From: Sphingomonadales bacterium BRH_c42
GTDB taxonomy: Bacteria; Pseudomonadota; Alphaproteobacteria; Sphingomonadales; Sphingomonadaceae
DNA length: 64,000 nt
NCBI GenBank assembly: GCA_001516125.1
Contig: LOEX01000107.1
Span: 2,488-66,487, forward strand
Reading direction: 5' to 3'
Made by a program: the position numbers and the translations under genes. Within the stretch, counting starts at the first letter, position 1; each line of letters opens with the position of its first letter. Of the stretch, positions 56,743 to 64,000 are shown piece by piece. The notes below the pieces were generated by a model, which worked only from the letters and a program-made list of their open reading frames with translations, had not been told where the DNA came from and made no database searches.

Positions 56743-57732
56743 TCAAGGTGCCCCCGATGGTCGCAGAACACCGTCGCCGCTGCGCAAGAGCGGCGCGGAA
56801 TGCGCCGGCAGGGGGGCTCCGGGTGCCTCCGCCAGGGTAACTCCGTACGGCCAGTCCGACGGCGCAATTGCGACGAAGCGGGCAAGCCCGCCGGTGCCAC
56901 CCTCGGGACGTGCAAAGCCGATCGATACGAGCGCGCCGGATTCGGGTACCTTGTCGAGATTCGCGACAGATTCGGCCTGCGTGAAATTGTTCTTCAGCAG
57001 CCATGCCTCGGCTTCGAAAGTGGGCGAATTGTCAGTATCGAGCGTTTCGTGGCCGTGGAACAGGATGTGCCGTTTGAGGTGAAGTAGTTTCAACGTCGCA
57101 AGGCTGACGCCCGGATGGGGCGAGCGCTGGAAGCGTTCGGGGTTCGACCACAGGCGCGACCAATCCGAGCGGAACATCACCACAGAACCGGCCGGGATGC
57201 GACCGTGCCGCCGTTCCCAGGCGGCGATGTCCGTGGGCGTCGCTTCATAGCCCGCATTCTTCGCAACCTTTGGTGCGATATTGATGACGACAAGCGGCCG
57301 AAGCGCGTAGGTTGGCGGAATATCGCTGATCGTTGCGCCGTGCGCGTTGAAGTGGGCTGGTGGATCAAGTTGGGTGCCGACCTGATCCGACCCGAAGCCA
57401 TAGGCAGTGATTGCACCCCCGACATGCGCATAATCCAAGGGTTCCCCACGCATGACGAGACCGGGAATGGCGCTGTCCGCGCGCGCATCGGAGACCGTCA
57501 TTTCGCCAAGGCCTGCGCCACGCGCCTGCCCCGGCGCGAAGGCATGGGTCAAATCGATGTATTTCGCGCCGGAAAGCCCTGTCGTATAGATTGGCCATAG
57601 TGAGGCCGGTGGATCAGGTGGGCCAAGGGTCTCGCTCCACAGTGCAAATGCACCCGCAGCGCCGATCAGAAGCGCGGCAACCCCAATGGTATTGCGATGA
57701 CTGGTCAATCCCACCCTCCGCTGCGTCGACAC
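56743..57732 (-). CDS. Exported cyclase-family protein with variant metal motif
   Basis: N-terminal signal/TM; QVGTQLDPPAH instead of HxGTHxDxPxH; GHETLDTD. Confidence 0.82.
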   Translation of the reverse strand: MSTQRRVGLTSHRNTIGVAALLIGAAGAFALWSETLGPPDPPASLWPIYTTGLSGAKYIDLTHAFAPGQARGAGLGEMTVSDARADSAIPGLVMRGEPLDYAHVGGAITAYGFGSDQVGTQLDPPAHFNAHGATISDIPPTYALRPLVVINIAPKVAKNAGYEATPTDIAAWERRHGRIPAGSVVMFRSDWSRLWSNPERFQRSPHPGVSLATLKLLHLKRHILFHGHETLDTDNSPTFEAEAWLLKNNFTQAESVANLDKVPESGALVSIGFARPEGGTGGLARFVAIAPSDWPYGVTLAEAPGAPLPAHSAPLLRSGDGVLRPSGAP

Positions 57733-57743
57733 GGTCGCCCGCG

Positions 57744-58793
57744 CTAGTAATTGATCGCAGGCGACATCGACGGATAGAATACGCCGACCAGCAGCATGCC
57801 TTCAGGACTGGTGCATTCGACCGAATGCGACTGCTTGCGCGGCAGGAAGATCACGTCACCTGCCTTCAGGGCAGCTTTGGTCCGATCAGTCCACATGATA
57901 CCATCGCCCGACAGCACCAGCAACGTCTCTTCATAGAGGTGGTGGTGGTGCGCGGCGCGCGACAGGGGAATATGTCCGATGAATTGCGTCACCTGGGTGC
58001 CATGGTGTTCTCCATCGACCAGCACCTGGTAAAACCGATCGGCCATTGCCGAGCGTTTCGCCGGGTCGAGCGGGACGATGCGAATCGGCACACTCGTATC
58101 GAAACCCGCAGGCATGTCGTCGAGAATCTCGGGCATTGGGCCAAGCGGGCAGACCGAGATGTTGAAAACGAACGGTTGGCCGCTGTCGGCGATCAGCCTG
58201 AACGCTTCACTGGCGCGGACATAGGCCCCGCTATGCGCAGCAAGATCGAACGATCGCGCGCCGATTTCGATCTTCCCGGTTCCGGATACGATGAACAGGG
58301 CCGCATCGCTGCCAGCAAAGCGCAGCACCGGAGAGGTGCCTGCCTCAAGCTGGCCTGCGAACTGGCTGATGTGCTTTGCCCCGTCACCCGGACCGATCGT
58401 TTGTTGCATACGCAACCGTCCGAACTGCTTGCCGCTGCCTGGGCGAAGCACGAAGCAATCGCTGTCAAGCTGCGCGCGCGCGCCCTCTGGTGTTTCGACG
58501 AAGGTGACCGTTTCGGCGTCCGTGGCGGCATCCATCGGCTCGCCGTAGCTGTCAGACAGCGCATTGTGCGACCCGTCGCACCACGGGCCGCCGCGGGTCC
58601 GCTTGCAGGCGCATAGAAGCGCATCACCGTTTTCTTCAGCCTTGAAGGCCAGCGGCTCGATGCCGGTGCCTTTGTGCGATCCGTCGCAGTATGGTTGCTT
58701 GCTGCTCCTGCCGCACGCGCACCAGAAATAGGTGCGGCCTGCAACAAGTTCGACAAGGCACGGCTTTACCGCCGCGACCACAGCTTTGGTCAC
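57744..58793 (-). CDS. Tandem CDGSH [2Fe-2S] domain + bicupin fusion
   Basis: CACGRS..QPYCDGSH and CACKRT..PWCDGSH, then two cupins, the second with HHHHLYEE...H. Confidence 0.85.
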   Translation of the reverse strand: MTKAVVAAVKPCLVELVAGRTYFWCACGRSSKQPYCDGSHKGTGIEPLAFKAEENGDALLCACKRTRGGPWCDGSHNALSDSYGEPMDAATDAETVTFVETPEGARAQLDSDCFVLRPGSGKQFGRLRMQQTIGPGDGAKHISQFAGQLEAGTSPVLRFAGSDAALFIVSGTGKIEIGARSFDLAAHSGAYVRASEAFRLIADSGQPFVFNISVCPLGPMPEILDDMPAGFDTSVPIRIVPLDPAKRSAMADRFYQVLVDGEHHGTQVTQFIGHIPLSRAAHHHHLYEETLLVLSGDGIMWTDRTKAALKAGDVIFLPRKQSHSVECTSPEGMLLVGVFYPSMSPAINY

Positions 58794-58818
58794 ACAACTT
58801 TCCCTTCAACTGCGGCGA

Positions 58819-61128
58819 TCAGAACCGCCGTGTTACGCTGACACCCAATGTGCGCGGGCGCACTGTGATGAACGCCAGCGGATCCTGATCCGACGAAATC
58901 GCATCGACCTGCGCACGCTTGTCGAAGATATTGCGCGCGAAGGCCACGAGGGTCCAGTCGTCATTCTTGATCCCGATCCGCAGGTTGGCCAGTGCATAGC
59001 TGCCAAGCCGGACATCGAAGCCGTCGCGCTCGCGGCCAAGCGTGGTATGCGAACTGCCGCGATGGCTGACATCGGCATGCACGATATAGTTCAGCGTATC
59101 GGTCAGGGGTCGTTCGACGTCGAGGTTCAAACTGCCGATGAATTTGGGCACATTGGGAATCTTGTCGCCGTCAAGACCAAGGCTGGGCGGTCTGGGCCCT
59201 GTTTCCGGCCCTGGTTGATCGTCGGTCAGATTGGCATCCTGGTATGACCCGCCGAGATTGAGCGTGACGCCGGTTGCGACGCGCGCGGTCAGTTCGAGTT
59301 CGGCACCGTCGACATTGGCCGAACCCGCGTTGGTAGTGAACGGGAAGGCACCGGTTGCATCAAGCGCACGCACCTGGATGTTCGACCAGTCGATGTGATA
59401 CACCGCACCATTGAGCCATATCCTGCCGTCCGCGAGGGTCAGCTTGGCGCCCAGTTCATAGTTCCATAGCGAATCAGAATCATACCCGCGTGGAATCCCC
59501 GATGCGAAAGGCAGGTCCGCCTGGTTGAGCCCGCCGACGCGAAAACCCTGCGCGGCGGTCGCGTATACCAGCACATCGCCGTTCGGCTTCCAGTTCAGGT
59601 TGAATTTGTAGGTCGCCTTCGAATCCGAATCGTGGTTGCTGAGCACGCCCGGCGGGTTCGGTCCGAAGCCGCCAAACGGATGCGTCGTTTCCTGGCGCGA
59701 GTTCAAGGTTGAATCAAAGTAACGCGCACCAACCGTGCCCGACAGGGTTGAGGTGAAGTCGAAGGTCGCTTCACCGAACACTGCAAACTGCCGCAGCCGG
59801 TTGTTGTCGAAACGCCCGAAGAAGGTGTTGCCGTCAGGGTTGCTCAGCGCATCGTCGGAATTCAGCCGACTGAACGGCCCGCGGGGCTCGCCAAAGCCGT
59901 TCGAACGCACCACCTGCACATCGAAATCGGATTTCTCCTTGCTGTAGAAGCCGCCGATGACAAGGTTGAAGGGGCCGTCGAATTTCGATGCATAGCGAAG
60001 TTCATTCGACCAGATACGGCGTGATTGCGGCTGGATGGTAATGCCGGGAATCGGCACGCCGAAGAAGAACAGGATCGGAGAGGAATCGAACACGAAATTG
60101 ATGTCACGGTCAAAATAGTTGGTCGTTGCGACAATGCTGCCGCGATCGAAGGCATATTCCCCCGTCAGACTGTAAACCTCGATCTGCTCGTCATATGGGC
60201 TGCGGGTCAGATCGGTATTGATCAGATCGCCCCCGGGAACCGGCGGAAAGCCATTGGCCGCATCACCGAAGGAAAGCGAGCCTGACGGCGTGAAACGCGA
60301 AGACCCGTCGGAATGCGTGTCTTGAATTGTCGCCGACGCCGTAAGCGAAAAATCGCTGGTCGGCGTGTAGCGCAAACTCGCGCGCCCGCCCGAAGTCTCG
60401 TCGGTGTTGATATTGTCGAGACGGCCTGACGGAATGCGCGTGGCGTCGATGTATCCGCTGTTGTCGATGTACCAGCCGACCACGCGCATTGCCAGCTTGT
60501 CCTCGACGATCGGCAGGTTGATTGCACCGTTGACGCTGTAATTGGCGCCCCCCTTTTCGGTATCCGAAAGATCGCCGGCAATATAGCCGCTGACTTCATC
60601 GGCAACAGGCTTGTTGGTGATGATGCGGATCGTGCCGCTTTCGGAACTGGCACCATAGAGCGTGCCCTGCGGCCCCTTCAGAACCTCGATTCGTTCGATG
60701 TCGTAGAGGCGTATGTCGGCATTTCGGCCGCCGCCGTCGTTGCGGTTGTCGGCGCTGATGACCGCTTCGTCGTAATAGGCCCCCACGGTAGCAGCGCCGG
60801 TCGAATTGATGCCGCGGATGATGTATTTCTTGTCGCCCGGACCAAGGTCCTGGAAAGTAAGGCTGGGGACGCGCGCCGCAAAATCGATGAACTCGACCGC
60901 ACCTGCATTGCCGAGTGCCTTGCCGGTGATTGCCTGGATCGAGATCGGCACGCCCTGGAGCGCTTCGTCGCCACGCTTTGTCGCGGTAACGATGATTTCT
61001 TCAAGACCAGTGCCCACGGTATCAACACTCTCGGCATCGGCCTCCTGAGCTTGGGCGGGCGCAAACTGGGCGGTGGCAAGCACAAGCGCGCAACATGCCG
61101 CTGACAGGCGTAGATCAGGCTTAGTCAT
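58819..61128 (-). CDS. TonB-dependent receptor
   Basis: Signal peptide, EEIIVTATKR, EVLKGPQGTLYG, terminal Phe. Confidence 0.95.
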   Translation of the reverse strand: MTKPDLRLSAACCALVLATAQFAPAQAQEADAESVDTVGTGLEEIIVTATKRGDEALQGVPISIQAITGKALGNAGAVEFIDFAARVPSLTFQDLGPGDKKYIIRGINSTGAATVGAYYDEAVISADNRNDGGGRNADIRLYDIERIEVLKGPQGTLYGASSESGTIRIITNKPVADEVSGYIAGDLSDTEKGGANYSVNGAINLPIVEDKLAMRVVGWYIDNSGYIDATRIPSGRLDNINTDETSGGRASLRYTPTSDFSLTASATIQDTHSDGSSRFTPSGSLSFGDAANGFPPVPGGDLINTDLTRSPYDEQIEVYSLTGEYAFDRGSIVATTNYFDRDINFVFDSSPILFFFGVPIPGITIQPQSRRIWSNELRYASKFDGPFNLVIGGFYSKEKSDFDVQVVRSNGFGEPRGPFSRLNSDDALSNPDGNTFFGRFDNNRLRQFAVFGEATFDFTSTLSGTVGARYFDSTLNSRQETTHPFGGFGPNPPGVLSNHDSDSKATYKFNLNWKPNGDVLVYATAAQGFRVGGLNQADLPFASGIPRGYDSDSLWNYELGAKLTLADGRIWLNGAVYHIDWSNIQVRALDATGAFPFTTNAGSANVDGAELELTARVATGVTLNLGGSYQDANLTDDQPGPETGPRPPSLGLDGDKIPNVPKFIGSLNLDVERPLTDTLNYIVHADVSHRGSSHTTLGRERDGFDVRLGSYALANLRIGIKNDDWTLVAFARNIFDKRAQVDAISSDQDPLAFITVRPRTLGVSVTRRF

Positions 61129-61230
61129 GTTTCCTCCCCATGGCAGTACGGAAATTGAAGTCCGCGACGCGATTATGCCGGGCGCGAGACGAACGCCTGC
61201 CGAGCCCGAATCTTGCATCATAAAAAAACT

Positions 61231-61246
61231 ATTTTCAACTTAAAAT
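61231..61246. promoter_or_regulatory. Palindromic operator between divergent TBDR and transporter
   Basis: ATTTTCAACTTAAAAT. Confidence 0.72.
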
Positions 61247-61352
61247 ATCTAGCTATCCGGTCACCTTGCCTTATGATGCGGCGACAACTGCGGCTTGCGG
61301 TTTCCTTTTGCCATGCGCAGGACCGACAGCCGTGCATGGGAAAGGTAGAGAT

Positions 61353-62744
61353 TTGAACAAGCAGATCGCGGAGAACACCATACCTGATCGGGCTGTTGAA
61401 GGCTGGTCTTCGCGGATCGGCTTTCTGCTGGCGACGGTCGGTGCTGCGACGGGCCTGGGCGGGCTCTGGCGATTCCCGTTCATTGCGGGCGAAAACGGCG
61501 GCGGAGCCTTCGTATTGCTCTATCTCGTTTTCGTCATTCTGCTCGGAATGCCGATCATGATGGCCGAGATGGCGATCGGCAGGCTTGGGCAGCACAGCGC
61601 TGTGGGCAGTATTCGCCGTCTCGTCGCCGAGGGTCGCCATGCCCGCGTGTGGCAGTCCATCGGCCTGCTCAGCGTCTTCATTCCCTTTTTCGGGCTTGCC
61701 TATTACGCGGTCGTGGCAGGCTGGTCGCTCGATTATCTGTTTCTGGCAGCGACTGGCGCGCTTGACGCTGCCACCCCTGATGCCTCACGTCGGGCATTCC
61801 AGTCTTACACTACCGCCCCGCCGCGCCAGTTGCTGTTGCACGCTGCCTTCATCGTCATGACCGTGGTCGTCGTCTCGCGCGGCATAACGGGCGGGATCGA
61901 ACGCGCTTCACGGATCATGATGCCGGCGCTGTTCGTGATCCTTGTGGCTCTCGCAATCTACAACATGGCGACCGGTGCCGGTGCCGAAGCTGCCGATTTC
62001 CTGCTGCGCCCGGACTTTGGCAAGATCACCCCCGAAGTTGCGCTGATGGCGATGGGCCATGCGCTGTTCTCGCTGGCGGTCGGCGTCGGCATGCTGATCA
62101 CTTACAGCGCCTATGCTTCACCGGCCTATCGGTTACCGTCGGCGGTTGCCATTATTGCAGGGGCCAACACGCTGGTAGCGATCCTTGCGGGCCTTGCGAT
62201 CTTTTCGGTCGTGTTCGGTTACGGGCTCGATGCGGGCGAGGGGCCAGGGCTGCTGTTCGTGACGCTGCCGGTCGGCTTTGCACTTATGCCAGGCGGCCGG
62301 ATTGTCGCGACATTGTTCTTCCTCTTGGTTGTTTTTGCCGCTTACACCACGACCATCGGCATGCTCGAGCCTGTGGTGGCGTGGCTCGACGAGAAGCTGA
62401 AGTGGGGGCGCGCAAGACTGGCTTGGCTGGCTGGCGCTGGTGCCTGGCTGGCAGGGATCCTGCCCGTGCTGTCGTTCAATGTGCTTGCCGACTGGCATCC
62501 GCTCGGCGGCATCAGGCTGCTCGCGGGCAAGACGATGTTCGACCTGTATGACTTCTTTATTTCAACGGCGCTGCTTCCGCTGAACGCGCTGCTTATTGCG
62601 CTGTTCGTCGGCTGGGCGCTCGGCACGCGCATGACCGGCGACGCGCTCGGTCTCGGAAGCGGGCCTGGCTTCCGGGCGTGGTCGTTGCTGCTTCGCTTTG
62701 TCGTACCGGTCGCGATCACCATCCTGTGGCTCAAATCATGGTAA
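61353..62744 (+). CDS. Sodium-dependent transporter (NSS/SNF family)
   Basis: WSSRIGFLLA.VG.A.GLG.LWRFP...GENGGGAF; ~11-12 TM segments; start uncertain. Confidence 0.9.
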   Translation: MNKQIAENTIPDRAVEGWSSRIGFLLATVGAATGLGGLWRFPFIAGENGGGAFVLLYLVFVILLGMPIMMAEMAIGRLGQHSAVGSIRRLVAEGRHARVWQSIGLLSVFIPFFGLAYYAVVAGWSLDYLFLAATGALDAATPDASRRAFQSYTTAPPRQLLLHAAFIVMTVVVVSRGITGGIERASRIMMPALFVILVALAIYNMATGAGAEAADFLLRPDFGKITPEVALMAMGHALFSLAVGVGMLITYSAYASPAYRLPSAVAIIAGANTLVAILAGLAIFSVVFGYGLDAGEGPGLLFVTLPVGFALMPGGRIVATLFFLLVVFAAYTTTIGMLEPVVAWLDEKLKWGRARLAWLAGAGAWLAGILPVLSFNVLADWHPLGGIRLLAGKTMFDLYDFFISTALLPLNALLIALFVGWALGTRMTGDALGLGSGPGFRAWSLLLRFVVPVAITILWLKSW

Positions 62745-62749
62745 GAACG

Positions 62750-63928
62750 ATGGAGCAACACCTCATGCACTGTGATAATATCGATTCCGGTATCGACTGG
62801 GAGCGCCAGCGGGCACGCTTCCCGATTTTCGGCTCGACGCTCTACATCAACAGCTGTTCCTATGGGGCGTTGTCGAACGAGGTGGAAGCAGCGTTTCTCG
62901 CTTACCTTGCCGACCGCCACGCCAATGGCAGCGACTGGGACAATTGGGTTGGTCACAACGAGGCGCTGCGCGTCGATTACGCCGGACTTTTGGGCGTTTC
63001 GCCTGCGGAAATCGCCGTCACGCCGTCAGCCTCGGCCGGCATCAACTCTGTAGCCAGCGCAATGGACTTTTCGGGCGTGCGCAACAAGGTCGTCATTACC
63101 GACCTCGAGTTCCCGACCAACGCTCAAATCTGGTATGCTCAGGAGCCGCGCGGGGCGGTTGTCGAGCGCGTCACTGCCAGCGATGGAGCCGATCTCATCG
63201 AAAGCCTCTCAGCGGCGATCGACGAGACGACGCGCATCGTCGCGGTAACGCACGTTTGCTACCGCAATGGCGAAAAACTGGACATTGCAGCGATCGGTAA
63301 GCTGGCGCGGGCCAAGGGTGCGTATTTCCTCGTCGACGGGTACCAGGCGGCGGGCACCATGGCGATCGAACTTGCTTCGTGGGGGGCTGATTTCTACGTT
63401 GGCGGCACGCTGAAATATCTGCTGGGCACAGCCGGTGTCGGCTATCTTTATGCGCGTCATGCTATTCTCGATCAACTGCAACCCACGGTGACCGGCTGGT
63501 TTGCACAGGAGAATATCGGCGAGATGGACCATACCCGCCACACCCCGGCGCACAGTGCGCGCAAGTTCGAGGGCGGAACACCGCCGGTGCCCAATATTTA
63601 TGCTGCACGCGCCGGGATTGGCATTCTTGCGCAAATCGGCCTTCACTCGATCGAGGCTCGGATTTCAGGGCTTACTGCGCGCATCGTCGAGCACGCTGAA
63701 GCGGCCGGTATTGCGCTTGCAACTCCCGCCGATGCCAAATGCCGCGGCGCGATGGTCGCGCTGCGTTGCCGCGATGCAGGCGGACTCGTTGACGCCCTAA
63801 GTCATGAGAATATCGTGACATCGTGGCGCGACGGCAACCTCAGGCTGTCGCCGCATTTCTACAACAATGAGGATGATATCGACATGGTTTTTGCCGCGCT
63901 GGGCCGACACGCGCACCTCGTTAGCTAG
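62750..63928 (+). CDS. Class V PLP enzyme, kynureninase-like
   Basis: YINSCSYG, EFPT, DGYQAAG, GGTLKYLLG..G, TGWF, FEGGTP, R.SPHFYN. Confidence 0.82.
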   Translation: MEQHLMHCDNIDSGIDWERQRARFPIFGSTLYINSCSYGALSNEVEAAFLAYLADRHANGSDWDNWVGHNEALRVDYAGLLGVSPAEIAVTPSASAGINSVASAMDFSGVRNKVVITDLEFPTNAQIWYAQEPRGAVVERVTASDGADLIESLSAAIDETTRIVAVTHVCYRNGEKLDIAAIGKLARAKGAYFLVDGYQAAGTMAIELASWGADFYVGGTLKYLLGTAGVGYLYARHAILDQLQPTVTGWFAQENIGEMDHTRHTPAHSARKFEGGTPPVPNIYAARAGIGILAQIGLHSIEARISGLTARIVEHAEAAGIALATPADAKCRGAMVALRCRDAGGLVDALSHENIVTSWRDGNLRLSPHFYNNEDDIDMVFAALGRHAHLVS

Positions 63929-64000
63929 GAGTTTGGTCGCGGAGGCCTAGGCCAAGCAGCAATTTGGATGAAACCGGCCTTAGCTCTCGATCTGGCGATC

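Noticed and set aside
62750-63928. Firm kynU or cysteine desulfurase assignment
   Set aside because: It is a class V PLP fold with kynureninase-like motifs, but the substrate cannot be fixed from sequence; no tryptophan dioxygenase is in the window and no clear desulfurase Cys loop is seen.

Overview
The window is GC-rich alphaproteobacterial DNA, probably from a sphingomonad (inferred from gene families), and has two parts. (1) Positions 1 to ~37,010 are an apparently intact temperate siphophage-type prophage whose left end and integrase lie outside the window. It has a leftward early/accessory arm, a lambda-like cI/cro switch with five 17-bp operators, a replication gene with internal iterons, a Dam-type methylase next to an XF1762/Mom-like gene, HNH/cos/terminase, an HK97-like head, an RcGTA-like tail tip and a holin-endolysin-spanin cassette. 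By eye the prophage lacks GANTC, GTAC and several 6-bp palindromes that are common to its right. (2) Positions ~37,010-64,000 hold att-arm-like DNA and a frameshifted tyrosine integrase, then a ~25.5-kb catabolic island. The island encodes two TonB receptors, an NSS transporter, an isatin-hydrolase-like cyclase with IorAB, a 2-aminobenzoyl-CoA monooxygenase/reductase (abm) module with no CoA ligase in the window, LLM and GMC oxidoreductases, a CDGSH-cupin fusion and a kynureninase-like PLP enzyme. Five copies of a palindromic operator (consensus ATTTTAAnnTTAAAAT) lie in the island's promoter regions, probably bound by the island's MarR. The best candidate for an undescribed system is this MarR regulon, which may provide a new upper route from an indole/tryptophan-derived compound into anthraniloyl-CoA. 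Family calls come from motif recognition only; no database searches were run.
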